From Octopus sinensis (lineage: Eukaryota), in NCBI RefSeq assembly GCF_006345805.1, contig NC_043011.1:4092001-4156000 (forward strand): a stretch of DNA of 64,000 bases, read 5' to 3'. Both the position numbers and the translations under genes were made by a program. The notes under the pieces are model-generated. The model had not been told where the DNA came from and searched no databases. It was given only the letters and a program-made list of their open reading frames with translations. Positions within the stretch are counted from its first letter, which is position 1. Each line of letters starts with the position of its first letter. This document shows positions 37,682 to 52,001 of this stretch, piece after piece.

Positions 37682-37884
37682 ACTAAATCATATACACATG
37701 TATATACTAACTGGCAGATAGGTTATAATATTTCAAAAAGGAGAAAAAGCATCTGACTTTATTTTTTTCCTGTTAAAACTAATTCCACATATGCAAAATT
37801 CTTTGGGTGGAAGGTGACGCCACTCTTCCTGCACATGAAAATCTTCACTTCAGTTCCCAGCTGTTAGGCCTAGGATACAGATGT

Positions 37885-38002
37885 GCAAGTGTGCACTTGT
37901 CAGATTTATGCTTTCACCAAATGCACCAAGCAGGGATTTTACTTCAATTTTTGCCAAAAGCTTGGTGATACCCAAGTTCAGACCATTCAAGAGATTCAGC
38001 AA
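37885..38002 (+). mobile_element. Mariner transposase N-terminal fragment
   Basis: Translates FNFCQKLGDTQVQTIQEIQQ, matching the N-terminal pattern seen at about 35140-35190. Confidence 0.55.
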
Positions 38003-38260
38003 TTGTCTTATTTTCTGAAACTGTTTTTCTATTCATTCTGTTTTCTTTTTGAAACATCTGCCACAGTCTTTTCTTCCTTTATTTAGTCTTTTCTTCCTTT
38101 ATTTAAGTGTCTTTGTATTAGGGGCCATTCTTCTTTCAGATTCTTGTCTCTTTGACATTTGATCTGGAGTTTCACATAACTTTGCACGAGTCCTTTTATT
38201 TCTAATATTCTCTTTGTTTTGCAATCTTTTCACCTAGAAGCATTATTTGTTTGTTGTTAA

Positions 38261-38481
38261 CCCTTTTGATACCAACCCACCTGAAACCACCTCTGGCTTT
38301 GTAGTACAAATGTCTTGTTTTCATAAGTTTTGAATTAAAATCTTTCACCAAAACTTAGTCACAATTAATGTTCCTAACACTAGATTAATGATAACTAAGT
38401 TATTTTACTAAATTCTTTGTTACATTTAAAATAATTGAGAGAAAAACAGAGAATCTCAAAATAAATACAGTAATGAAAGGG
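38261..38481. mobile_element. piggyBac-like MITE, second family
   Basis: TTAA|cccttt...aaaggg|TTAA; homologous to 47671-47889. Confidence 0.85.
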
Positions 38482-39949
38482 TTAATGCTTATCTTTGAGC
38501 AGTGAGTTGGCTGAATTGTTAGAGCATTGAGCAGAATGACTTGCAAACATTTATTAGTTCAATTTTAGTTCATTTATATCTTTTACCTGCAATGTCAATA
38601 GATTATAGTGGCATAAACTCCACCTGCTGACTTGCTCTCAGCACCTGTCTTATTTTTAAAATATAATCTTTCAAATCATATATCCAGTGGGGAAATTATC
38701 TTTAGATTTATTCATATTTTAGTCTTATGTTGAGTATGTACAATGCTACTGCTTTTCTATCTCATTTGATTTGAATAGGATAAAGTGCTCCATTGTTTTC
38801 TGCTAGTTGCTTGTAATCAAGTCACAAGTCTTTGTCACCATTGATGACTTTTATCTTTACATAGTACTACTCTGTTAGGAAGTTTTGTTCTCTTTTGGGT
38901 GCAGCAATGGGACAGTTTGAACTCAACACTGGGAATCTACAAAATGCTCAGCAGTTCTGCAGTATTCATTCATTCTTTTATCAGTTTATAGCCCCGTGAA
39001 CTGCACCACCAGTATACGTAGCCATATTTATGAGATGAATTTCTGCTACAAATCACCTAAACTTTTAATCTAATTTCTCCTGTTTGAAATATTATAACCT
39101 ATCTGCCAGTTAGTATATACATGTGTACATGACTTAGTGTGTGTGTTTTTATATATATTTGTATATATTTATGTTCTAGGGGAAATCCATTAGAATACCT
39201 AATGGGTGCTAAACAGATTTATTCTGCTAAATAGCCGATCCCCTACCCTGGCAATAACAATAATAACAGCAGTAATAATAATGATATTACTTCCTATGAC
39301 AGAAAAGATCACAAGTATGTACCGTGGTGGTCTTGGACAATTTTATGAACAATAGTGATGAGTCACACAGGTTTTTAAGAGTTGTTGGACTCCAGACTAG
39401 CCAAATAAATGACCAGGTTTCAATTTCCAGTGGCAACTATTTCACTTTACTTTTATCTCAGTAAAGTATTTGAGATAGTCAAGAATGTTACGGCATTTTC
39501 CACAGCTCTAGAGTCATTGATGTTTACAAGTGTTATTTCGTATTTGCCTCTATCTAGAAATCAAAGAAAGTTACCACTATTCCTTTCAGACTTTGCTTTT
39601 GTAACCTGTTTTATGATCTGTTTCAAAACTGACCTGACTGCCATTATATTTCAGTCATATTCAGTGCTGAGTTGCTGAAGCAGAAATATCGTTATAGGAA
39701 ATATTCTGTTCAACACCACAGATTTGCTTGTCATTTGCCTTGACCATAACCACTTGAGCATTTCCTTTAGTGGCTGATGATACGTGCATCATGAGCAGGA
39801 ATAGTGGGGGAGTATCATAGCCATGTGTTGAGGGGGATTCTTTAGGGTTTGAATAAATGTAATAAAAGCAAACTTCGAAGGATATATTAGTATTTTTTCA
39901 TACTTTCTAGGAGTAAGCAAATAGGAAATAGTTTCTACCAAAGGACAAA

Positions 39950-40640
39950 AATTGTGTTACACAGTGTCATTGCTCATTATGAACAGTGATGCAGCAGAAA
40001 ATACCGATATTTAATTACTTGTTTAAATTGCTACTCTTGTCATTACAAAATAAATAGATTATCAAATATGTTTTACATTTTTAAAAAACCATTTTGTTAG
40101 TTTCTTTCATTAAAAGTTTATGATTGATCATTTATTGCAGTAGCTGATAGTATATTGAGAGCATCTGATAAAAAAAAGAAATTCATAAAACTTAAGATCG
40201 TTAATATACTAGACAAACACCTCTTCTGTACCAAATCAAACAGATCCTGAGTCTAATTTGTTTGTAGCGAATTTTAGAATGGTTCTTGTGCTTTTGTTCT
40301 TATTTTTGTTTTTATATGATAACAAGTGTACCAGCTACCCTTAGTACTAATTGTATTCTCTTTCTTTTTTTCTTTAATTCTGTTAACCATAAGTATTTCA
40401 ATAGCTTCTTCAATTTCTTTGTGAACAATAGTGTAGCTACAAGAGATAGAGATATCTATGCGGATAAAGAAATTTTCCTTATTATTCTTGAAAATAATGC
40501 CTGGAGGGATATCTTGATTTCTTTTTTAGTTCATAAAGAAACCTGTCTGAGTGTGGTTACTTCACCTATTGATAGAACATTTTTGTATATGGACCGTTAT
40601 GGTATTGAGTCAGAGGTTGATGCTCTCTTATGAGAATGAA
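39950..40640 (-). pseudogene. Highly degenerate Penelope-like RT C-terminal remnant
   Basis: Stop-riddled frame reads NHTQTGFFMN...PGIIFKN...SCSYTIVHKEIEEAIEILMVN, resembling the Penelope post-RT region. Confidence 0.45.
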
Positions 40641-43600
40641 AGATGGGTTGTAAATTAATTTTATCTTGTGGAGACTTGATTGTTAGAGTATGAAGGAAGT
40701 TATGCTACTTATCATAGTGTATATGTATTGATTGCTTATATAAAATGATATATGTATTGATCAATCATATGAAAGAAAATATTTTTCAATTTTCTCTCGA
40801 AAACTTCCAACTAAGAAGTATATAGTTTGAATAACGAAAGGATCCTGATTTCTATTTAGTTAGGTCTCATTTTGTTTTAAGTTAAATCTGTGCCATATGG
40901 CTCCACCCCATCACTCAGTATCTAGATAGACGGACAATGGATTAGGTGCTTAGAAAAGACAAAATTCTTTAAAGAGATTGTATCAGGAATTGTCTGAAAA
41001 AAATCCTAACATTCAAGCCATTAAAGTCTATGAAACACAAACAAGAAGCTAAAGTTGATGTTAAGTTACTAATTTTCAAATCATTCTCGACTATTTGTTC
41101 AGCATTAATAATTTTAATATATCATAATTAATAATTTTGATCATTTCTCTTCAAGTGTGTTATCAATAACAAATTATTTCCTTGGAATATTTCTTACGAA
41201 GCTAACACTGAAAACACTCAGGATATTTCACAACATTTTCAAAATGTCCAGAAGCAGTATAAAACTTTAACCTGAAGACTTCATCAGAAGTTGGTGAATC
41301 GTTGACCTGAAGGCAAGAGACCAGTCAAAATCACAAAGCTTAATAAATTCAATGCCATTGCTGAAATTAGCAGAACTGCTGGATTTAAACAAAGTAATTT
41401 AAAATCCTTTTGGGCTGACTCATTTAAAAGCATTTTAAATCCTTTTGGGCTGACTCATCATGACATAATAAGTAAGTGCCAGTCAGATACCACAAGAAAA
41501 ACAATAACAACTAAAATAATAATTTTTCAGATTTCATTAGATTCAAAATCTTAAGTTCTTGTCAGTAAAATAATTATAAAAGGAGTGGCCGAAGGAAATT
41601 CCATGTTTTATGAATATCATATTTCTAATTTCTTACATAAATTTATAGATCTACATAACATAGTTTTCTTATAAAGATTTTGGTTATGTCTTCATTTTAT
41701 TCCATTGCTAAAGTTGTTGGAAAATGAAATATATCAACTTGTTAAAGATTTTAATTATTTCTTCAGTTTTGAAATGTAATTGTGGTTGTCGGAATCATAA
41801 CGTGCAGACTCCTTTCATTTTGCTAAAGATTTTGATTATGTCACTGATTTTAATTCACATTTAAGACTCTTAAGAATATAGCACTTGAACACACATTATA
41901 ATAAGCAGAATAGTATTCATCATCATCATCATCATCATCATTGTATTATAGATGCTAATAGTGTTAGGAAGGGCATCCAGCTGTAGAAACACTGCCAGAT
42001 CAGACTGGAGCCTGGCGCAGCCATCTGGCTTCCCAGACCCCAGTCGAACCGTCCAACCCATGCTAGCATGGAAAACAGACGTTAAACGATGATGATGATG
42101 ATGTTAATGTTAAAGATAACTACAGACATAATGAAGAGGCTTGATAAAACAAACTAAAAAGTTTATTATGAAAAAGTAAGCATACGGGGGTGTAATTAAG
42201 ATGTGTAATTGTATATAACAGCAAAACATGACCAGTTAAACCACTCTACACGAGTAAAAGATGGGCTGCAGATGCAGAGGAAGCCTTCATGTAGTTACTA
42301 CACAAGTAAAAATAGTCGCAAAATCTCAGACATAACCTTGTCATTTTATAAAATATGAAAGATCATACAGGCTCTTATCGTTTTGAATATACAAAAATGG
42401 ACAGGATGATCATGATGGAAAGACCATTGATCATAAATCTCTTTGATCAGGGCTAACCTGAACTTAAACAACAAAGGTAACAATGTAAAACACAATTTAA
42501 GACGGGCAACAAGCGTATGGTTTATGAAGGATAATTTATGATATATGTCAAGAGTACATGCTGTGGAAGTTGAGGATTAGAATTTATGGTGCTTTTGGCA
42601 GTGAAATATGGGTTATAAATGGAAAGGATAGAGGTGACATAATGTGTACCAGTGTAATGTGGGTAATAATTGTTGAGTCAGAGGTGTTATGCCTGGATAG
42701 TAGCAAAAGATGGATAATGAATTTAAAAAAAATATGTTAAATGGTAATTAGTACTACATGACTGAAATATGGGCAATCACTCTTGAAAAGTATTTTGTCT
42801 TTTATACCAGCACTATTTACCTATATGGCAACAACATATTTAGAGGTTGCAGTGTATGTTTAGTGAGAATTATGATTTTAATTCACAAAAGTTGTTGGCC
42901 ACAAAGGAGTTAAAGAAATGCTGAATGTTACATATTATGTATTTTGGGGAGCTGACTTCAAAAGTTTATATATATGGTGTGAATGTTGAATAATGTCTGC
43001 GGAATGGTAAGTCACCACAAGTTGATTGAGGAATGTATCTAATGTAAAATTAGTTAAATAAAACACAAACGGGCTTATGGAAGATCGGTTGCTTACTTAA
43101 AGGCAGAAGATATCTACAGGGAAGAAAGATTCAGGAAAAGTTGGGAAGAAATGAATTGATTTAAATCTAAAGGCATTGGTCTTCATAAATTAATTCATGC
43201 AAGGTATAGAATGAAATGCTACACTGCACATTTATTTTGTTCATGCCTACATATAACAATATATATTAAAACTGTTCATGTTAAGTGGTGGTGATGGTGG
43301 GGGGGGTGATGGTAGTGTTGTTGATGTTGATGCTTGATGGTAATGATAAATAGAATAATTGATAAAGCAGTTATTCACATTTAAGTTTTACATTTAGTTG
43401 TCTTTTAGTTTTTCCTTAAATCATAATTCACCGTTAAGCCATTAAGACCAAGCGATGCTGAATTTGAAATTTTGATCAGACTAAGTTTCATTAAGGAATA
43501 ATTGTAGCATGTGATAAAGCAATGGAGAAAAAGAAAATAAAGAAATCTAAAGCAAAGAAGAGAAACTTCTTGATATGTGGATTTTTCAGAAATTTGCAAT

Positions 43601-43679
43601 TTTGTCTAATTCATACTTTTTTTTTTTCTGCTTCAAATCCCACATAAACTTTGCTTGAAGGAAACATAATATTAATAAA

Positions 43680-43720
43680 CATGATAATTATGAGGATGAT
43701 GATGATGATAACAATAATGC

Positions 43721-43771
<51 letters not shown>

Positions 43772-43995
43772 TAATAATAATGATAATAATAGTCATGATG
43801 ATGATGGTAATGATGATAATAATAATGATAATAATAATGATAATAATAGTCATGATGATGATGGTAATGATGATAATAATAATGATAATAATTATAATAA
43901 TAATAATAATGATGATAATGATGATGATGGCGATGATGATGATGATGGCGATGATGATGATGATGGCGATGATAATGATGATGATGATGATGATT
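43680..43995. repeat. Mosaic (AAT)n/(GAT)n trinucleotide tract with an internal higher-order duplication
   Basis: Direct reading; the ataatagtcatgatgatgatggtaatg block occurs twice. Confidence 0.95.
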
Positions 43996-45599
43996 GTTTC
44001 TGGTTGATTGGTCAATTACTCAATCTCTCTAGAATCTTGGTTGTTTTTGCATATTGCTCAATTTGTCATTTGATTTGTGAATGACACTGTTTCCATAGAC
44101 ACGCTTGCAGAATCAAAGAATTTCCAAAATTTCTGTGAAGAAAACAAAACAAGGAGTTAATAATTGCTGCCATTTGAGATTAAAGGCAAATTAAGTTTAT
44201 TGTTAAAAGCTTTATCATCTTGTTCAGTTGATTCCAAAGCACTGAAGCTTCACAGCCAACACTAATTTCCCACTAAGTCATTTATTTAAGATTTGCTGTC
44301 AAGATAATTTCAAATAAAACAGTGAATGAACTTAACGCAGTAAATTACTCTATCTGAATAATTATGTTGGAAATATGGTTTGTGTCTCCTTTGCTTTCTT
44401 AACAAAACAAAAAGAAAAAAATTTTGTTTTTCTAATTTCCTACAGTATGCGAACATCTTTAAGGATATAGTTTTGTTTTAACATATGATTTTTCTCTTGC
44501 TGTAATTTTTTACATCTAGTTTTGAAGCCTTATAATTTAAGGGGAGTGGGTGAAATTAATAGGAAATGTGACTTTCATTGTTAAATGTCTCAGGCAGTAT
44601 AGCATAAAAAAAAGTTTGTAGTGGGGATTTGAAACCTAACCACTAGATACTCAGTCAGACAATATGAATGAACCACTACAGTTTTATGTGATTGGTCTAT
44701 AAATCAACCTATCAGTGTGGGGCTGTTGTGTGATATGGTTTTCTCAAATGTTCTAAAATTCGACTTCTTGTCTCTTAGAAAAAAATTTTTTTAGGTGGTT
44801 GATTAATGGCACAGTGGCTGAGTGCCTTATGCACCTCCACTCATGCCAGGCAGATGGTCTGTGGACTGCTAATGACTCAGATTGTCCCAGAGATTTATGG
44901 AGATGACTTCATGTATTTTTGGACTGACCACATGTTGTCACACAGATAGCTTTCTACATTCCCAGAGCAGTTTTCCTCTCCTCTCATTCGGCAATTATCA
45001 ATATTGTTTGTTGTAATTTTCCAACACCAAATATCTTTATGCCTGGCAATAAATATCACAGTTAAATTTTCAGGAATTTGCTTCAGTTATTATTCACACA
45101 TCCAATGAAATATGTCACCATTGACCAGTTCAGCTCAAGTGGCAGCAAACTCCTTGTAACAAGTATATTGACTTTTGGTGGGAATTGAAACTATTTTGCA
45201 GTGTGTGCTTGCTGGAAGCTTACAGCATTTTCATATTTTTTAGAAATATAATTTGATGTTTAATAAGTTGTCATGAGTTCATTTCATACAGCAGATAAGA
45301 CATTTAATCATACCTTAGTTTGCTTAGTTGTGGGTATAGATATTGGGTTTTTCCCAGAAAATACTGTTTTATAGGCCAGCATTCCGTTGTGAAAGAGATT
45401 TATCTCTCACCCTCTTAATGCTTAGTATAACTGAAGATAAAACCTCCAAGTTAACTATGAACCTTTGCAAATCTAAACTATCAACTTAAAAAAAAATTAT
45501 TTACTTACATGAATGTTGGCATTAGTGACTCTACCATAGTTATGGGTTCAAATCCAGCCTGCAGCTAGGGTTTACTTTGGTTTCCATTCTTATGGTCTC

Positions 45600-46346
45600 C
45601 TCAAAATGAACGTCAGTGATATAGGTTTCAAATTTTGGCACAAGGCCAACAGTTTTGGGGGGAGGGGCTAAATTGGTTACATCATCCTCAGTACTCAACT
45701 GGTACTTTATTGACCATGAAATGATGAAAAGCAAAGTCGACCTCAGCAGAATTTGAACTCAGACCATGCAGACAGATGAAATGCCTATTTCTTTACTACC
45801 CATAAGGGGCTAAACACAGAGGAGACAAACAAGGACAGACAAATGGATTAAGTCGATTACATCGACCCCAGTGCATAACTGGTTCTTAATTTATCGACCC
45901 CGAAAGGATGACAGGCAAAATCGACCTCGGCGGAATTTGAACTCAGAATGTAATGGCAGATGAAATGCCGCTAAGCATTTTACCCAGCACGCTACCTGAT
46001 TCTGCCTGCTTATCATCTTAATGAGTGCCAATAGTATGCCAAATCAGTTACATTGAGTGTCCCAGCTTCTCAGCAAAGAATTGTATCATACTTACTCAGT
46101 ATTTCTTAAATACAAGGTGGCGAGCTGGCAGAATCGTTAGCACGCCGGGCGAAATGCTCAGCAGTATTTCGTCTGTTGTTACGTTCTGGGTTCAAACACC
46201 GCCGAGGTCGACTTTGCCTTTCATCCTTTCGGGGTCGATAAATAAAGTACCAGTTATGCACTGGGGTCGATGTAGTTGACTTAATCTCTTTGTCTGTCTT
46301 TGTTTGTCCCCTCTATGTTTAGCCCCTTGTGGGCAATAAAGAAATA
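45600..46346. mobile_element. Cluster of three SINE family C copies (45600-45785 minus, 45786-46015 minus, 46112-46346 plus)
   Basis: Homology to 1123-1355. The last copy has TSD tatttcttaaat (46100-46111, 46347-46358). Confidence 0.85.
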
Positions 46347-46708
46347 TATTTCTTAAATCCAACTCTGTTGGGACATAGTTTGGTCAGATTGTGAAATGTT
46401 TCAGTGACATTAATATTGTGTGGTAGTTCAGGGATGGCATCAACAATGAGGCTGTGTCAATAGCATGCTGTTGTATGATAGTGAAAGTAGAGGACTGACA
46501 ATGTTTGTGTGACAAAGATGCAATGCATTATGGCAGTGAAAGCAAGTAACCAAACAGTGTTATTACGTCAGTTGTGCAATGTTGTGTGACCGTTTCTGCT
46601 ATGAAGGTGGTAGATGACCAGTTTTAGTGCTTCTGTGATACTGTTTGGCATTGAAGGTGATGTCTCAACACTGTAAATGTGTCCATTGTGTGATGTTGTA
46701 TGCCAATA

Positions 46709-47001
46709 AACTTCACTAACTGGGAGGAGATGGCAAAAAACAGACCACTCTGGAAAACCACCATCCATGAGGGAACGGCGACTTTCGAGTCGAAAAGGTC
46801 TGCAGAGCTGGAGGAGAAAAGACGACGATGGAAGGAGCGCCAATAACAACAACGTGTGACTCTCCCTTCCGGCACTAGATGTCCGCACTGTGACCGATCT
46901 TTTCAAGCAAGAATTGGTCTTATCGGTCACCTATGGACTCACCAGTAAATTTGCGCGAAGACCATCATCCTCGACCTTGAGGGATTGCCATCATCATCAT
47001 C
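46709..47001 (+). mobile_element. 3' end of an RTE-type LINE (third family) with C-terminal C2H2 finger and (CAT)n tail
   Basis: Reads NWEEMAKNRPLWKTTIHEG...CPHCDRSFQARIGLIGHLWTHQ with one internal stop. TSD atgccaata at 46700-46708 and 47002-47010. Confidence 0.85.
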
Positions 47002-47670
47002 ATGCCAATATAACAATGGGGTTTCTACTGTAAGCTTCCTTCTCAGACTGTGTTTCCTTGCTCGGCAATAATTTCCACTGAACATCAATTATATGTACCT
47101 TGCTTAATTATCCCTGTCCCATCATCTCTCTCATTAAGAACCTCCCATGACAAGAAAAAAATCTGCTCAACTGAAGGAAGGTGTAGTAGAGTGGGAAGTG
47201 GCTTAATGCCAGATGTTGACGGGGCTGAAGAGTGATAAAGAGATAGGAACATGTACATCTATTACTGTAGATGAGATACGTGGGCCACCCCACATTGTAA
47301 TGAGAATGGATCGGAGTTGCTGAAAAGAGAGATAAAGATGGCAGTGATCAGGTATGAGAATGTACTCTGAGGTTACAAGAATGTGAGTGCCAAAGATAAA
47401 ATTGCAGAGTAGAGTGAATGGCTGTTTGCAGGAATGCGAGAGGAGAGTGATAGGGAAAGGAGAACGCAATGAATAGCGATCAAGGTTGGAGGTACGGGTG
47501 ATAGTAAATGTGAGTTTGGAGTTGCTGAGGATACAGAAATAACTATGGTAGAGTAGCAGTGTAATAAAACTGTAAGCAGATGAGAAATAAAGAAGGAATA
47601 ATTCCCACTGAACATCAACCATACTTGCTCAATTAGCTTTGCCCCATCATCTCTTTAGCTGAGAATTTAA

Positions 47671-47889
47671 CCCTTTTGTTACCAACCCGGCCGAAACCGC
47701 CTCTGGCTCTGTAGTACAAATGTCTTGTTTTCATAAGTTTTGAATTAAAATCTTCCACCAAACCTTACTCACAATTTATGTTCCTAACACTAGCTGAATG
47801 ATAACTAAGTTATTTTACTAAATTCTTTGTTATATTTAAAGTAATTGAAAGAAACAGAGCATCTCAAAATAAATACAGTAACGAAAGGG
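47671..47889. mobile_element. piggyBac-like MITE, second family
   Basis: TTAA|cccttt...aaaggg|TTAA; homologous to 38261-38481. Confidence 0.85.
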
Positions 47890-48527
47890 TTAAAAACAAA
47901 ATAACTCTGCTCTGTACTGTAACAAAGTAAAAAATGTACACATACCAACGGTCATAGATATATACTGATTGTAAAAAAAAACAAAAACTAATTACCACCA
48001 TTAGATGAACTAATTATCAGTGTGCATGATTATTTGCTCTGTTCTTTTCATATAGTTATATACAAATGCTATATATTTGAATCCCTTTTATACACTTCTG
48101 CTAGGACTTTTAAGTGCATGTAATTATGTTTGTATTCATTTGCCTGGATACCTGGATGCTTCATATACTTGAATTGACTATACTTAAATCATTAACTCAA
48201 TTGCTTAATTAGCTCTTGCAGCATCTGACCAGCTAGTCTTTATTTCCCTCTACTGCAATATCCTGGTCCTGCTTCTTACTGCAGTACTTGTAGTATTTGT
48301 TGTTGCTTGCATTTAGCATCAGTCTCGCTTGTCTAATACAGCTGTTGAAAAATCTTCCAATAATGACCATCATATCTGTAATTTTTTTTTTTTCAAATGT
48401 TGTGTATTGATCAAACCTTTGATCTTCATCTCTGTCTCTGTACTCTCTCTCCCTCTCTCCCCTCAACCCATCCACCCAACACATCATCTGTCTATTTCTC
48501 ATCTATCTCTCTCTTTTTTTTCTCTCT

Positions 48528-48726
48528 TTTTACTTGTTTCAGTCATTTGACTGCGGCCATGCTGGAGCACCACCTTTAGTCGAGCAAATCGACCCCGGGA
48601 CTTATTCTTTGTAAGCCCCAGTACTTATTCTATCGGTCTCTTTTGCCGAACCGCTAAGTGATGGGGACGTAAACACACCAGCATCGGTTGTCAAGTAATG
48701 CTAGGGGGACAAACACAGACACGCAA

Positions 48727-48761
<35 letters not shown>

Positions 48762-48935
48762 CATATATACGACAGGCTTCTTTCAGTTTCCGTCTACCAA
48801 ATCCACTTACAAGGCTTTGGTCATCCCAGGGCTATAGTAGAAGATGCTTGTCCAAGATGCCACGCAGTGGGACTGAACCCGGAACCATGTGGTTGATTAG
48901 CAAGCTACTTACCACACAGCCACTCCTGCGCCTAT
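48528..48935 (-). mobile_element. SINE family A
   Basis: Reverse-complement homology to 5091-5499. Confidence 0.9.
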
Positions 48936-49939
48936 CTAGTTTTATTTAGAGAACTACGGTTCTCCACATTTTTCTATATCCTGAGCCACCCCTATTTCTT
49001 GTGCCTTTCCTACTCCCATCTCACATCTACCATCACTCATTCCTCCAGTCTTGATTACTGCTCACCACATTCTCCTCTATCCCCATCTCTCACTCGCTCT
49101 CAATCTCCTCTCACACTCTTACAAATTTAGCTAACCACCCTTCCCTATTCTCTTTTCCTATTTCCCTACCTTCTTGTACCTCAAAGGTATACTCTGATAC
49201 CTCATTTCTCTTTTTTTTTTTATCTCCCTTAGTCCTTCCTACCCTTACATAATGTGGAGTAGCCATGTATCTCCTCTACAGCAAAACACCTGTTCTCCTG
49301 TTCCTGTACCTTTATCATTCTTCAGCCTCTCAACACCTGGCATAAAGCCACTTCCCACTCTACTACACCCTCATTAAGTTGAGGGGGCTTTTTTTTGTCT
49401 TGGGACTTACTTGGCGACTGCACTCATGTCATGGCCATGAAAAATGCACCCAGTGCACTCTGTGATGTGATTGGCATTAAATAAGACATCCAGCGGCAGA
49501 AATTATGCCAAAATAGACATTGGAGCTTGATGAAATCCTCTGGATCATTGGATCCTGTCAAACCAACCAACCAATGCCATTGTGGAAGATGGACATTAAA
49601 TGATGATGATGATGATGATGGTGGAGATGGTGGTGATGACGACACATATTGAGCTAATGAAGGGTTTTCTTTGTGGTCATATGACTTGCTAGAAATAGCA
49701 GCAGAACTACAACTCACACACAAGTTTTGTGAAAATAAGAACACACACTGAACACATTCTAGTAGATATGCTTTTTATTACAAGTTTTGATCATTCATTT
49801 CCAAACTAGGGTTGAACAAGTATCTCAACCACCCTCTATGGGGCTCATCACAAAACCTCTCTTTTTCTCTCCCTCTCTCTCTCTCTCTCTCAATGCTCAC
49901 ATGTACATACACACACCATGCACAGAAACACACACATCT

Positions 49940-49949
<10 letters not shown>

Positions 49950-49970
<21 letters not shown>

Positions 49971-50940
49971 CACTTTTTCTTCTTCTTCGCCTTGGCTGAC
50001 TTCCGTGCCGGTGGCACGTTAAAAACTCAAACCGATCGTGGCCAATACCGGACCCCTCTGGCACCTGTGCAGGTGGCACATAAAAATCACCCACTACACT
50101 CTCAGAGTGGTTGGCATTAGGAAGGGCATCCAGCTGTAGAAACACTGCCAGATCAGACTGGAGCCTGGTGCAGCCCCTGGCTTCCCAGACTCCGGTCGAA
50201 CCGTCCAACCTGTGCTAGCGCGGAAAACTGACGATGATGATGATGATGATGATTGTTATGGTTATGCTAGATGGGGGACTTCAGTTTTTTTTCTGCTCCC
50301 ACCCATGTTCTAATCAGTTCCATAATGCAAGAAGAAGATTTAAAGGAAGCAAGTGTTAACGAATGAATTACACCAACAAGCATATTTCTACCAGAATTCA
50401 CCCATCACTACACACACTGTTCTCAGCATTTCCATTTGCAACTACAGACAGGTTTTGTTTATAGTTGGGGGTAAATTCCAGAAAATTCTATTTATGGCTG
50501 ATATCAGTAATTTTTACTGGAATGGTCATCTTGTTATCTGTAAATGCAGATGCTGTGCAATTATACAGATTAATAGAATCTTCCTGATCACTTTTCCTCT
50601 GTCTCTTTTTTACGTCTTTTTCTCCTTCTTTATATCCTTTGTCTCTCTATCTTTGTACCTTCTTTTTCTCTATTACTCTCATACCATTTCTAAAGATATA
50701 CATCTTCTATCTCTTCAGTGACTTCCTTTCTCTCTCTCTCCTCATCTTCTCCACATTTATTACTTTTACTCTTCTTTCCTTTGTCTTCTTCTCTCTGTCA
50801 CTTACAATTCATTTTTATTTCTTTACCCATGTCTCTCTCTTTCTCACTCTCTTATTTTGCTTTACAATTTGTGTGTATATACAGGAATCTCTCTCTCTCA
50901 GTCCTTCTTCTCTCTCTCTCTCTTTCTCTCTCTATTTCTG

Positions 50941-51006
<66 letters not shown>

Positions 51007-52001
51007 CACACACACACACACACACATACCACTTTTTCTTCTTCTTCGCCTTGGCTGACTTCCGTGCCGGTGGCACGTTAAAAACTCAAACCGATCGTGG
51101 CCAATACCGGACCCCTCTGGCACCTGTGCAGGTGGCACATAAAAATCACCCACTACACTCTCAGAGTGGTTGGCATTAGGAAGGGCATCCAGCTGTAGAA
51201 ACACTGCCAGATCAGACTGGAGCCTGGTGCAGCCCCTGGCTTCCCAGACTCCGGTCGAACCGTCCAACCTGTGCTAGCGCGGAAAACTGACGATGATGAT
51301 GATGATGATGATTGTTATGGTTATGCTAGATGGGGGACTTCAGTTTTTTTTCTGCTCCCACCCATGTTCTAATCAGTTCCATAATGCAAGAAGAAGATTT
51401 AAAGGAAGCAAGTGTTAACGAATGAATTACACCAACAAGCATATTTCTACCAGAATTCACCCATCACTACACACACTGTTCTCAGCATTTCCATTTGCAA
51501 CTACAGACAGGTTTTGTTTATAGTTGGGGGTAAATTCCAGAAAATTCTATTTATGGCTGATATCAGTAATTTTTACTGGAATGGTCATCTTGTTATCTGT
51601 AAATGCAGATGCTGTGCAATTATACAGATTAATAGAATCTTCCTGATCACTTTTCCTCTGTCTCTTTTTTTACGTCTTTTTCTCCTTCTTTATATCCTTT
51701 GTCTCTCTATCTTTGTACCTTTCTTTTTCTCTATTACTCTCATACCATTTCTAAAGATATACATCTTCTATCTCTTCAGTGACTTCCTTTCTCTCTCTCT
51801 CCTCATCTTCTCCACATTTATTACTTTTACTCTTCTTTCCTTTGTCTTCTTCTCTCTGTCACTTACAATTCATTTTTATTTCTTTACCCATGTCTCTCTC
51901 TTTCTCACTCTCTTATTTTGCTTTACAATTTGTGTGTATATACAGGAATCTCTCTCTCTCAGTCCTTCTTCTCTCTCTCTCTCTTTCTCTCTCTATTTCT
52001 G

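Larger units (their letters stand above)
37097..39314. repeat. Long inverted repeat: arms 37097-37746 (SINE-interrupted) and 39074-39314
   Basis: ttgtgatcttttctgtcatagg...ggcagataggttataatatttcaaa is matched by its reverse complement, with few mismatches. Confidence 0.88.

Noticed and set aside
43611-44015. Poly-Ile / poly-Met ORFs
   Set aside because: Trinucleotide repeat; no splice or codon evidence.
48221-48315. Hydrophobic terminal-exon-like stretch (SDQLVFISLYCNILVLLLTAVLVVFVVACI*)
   Set aside because: No linking exons; hydrophobic runs arise easily in T-rich DNA.
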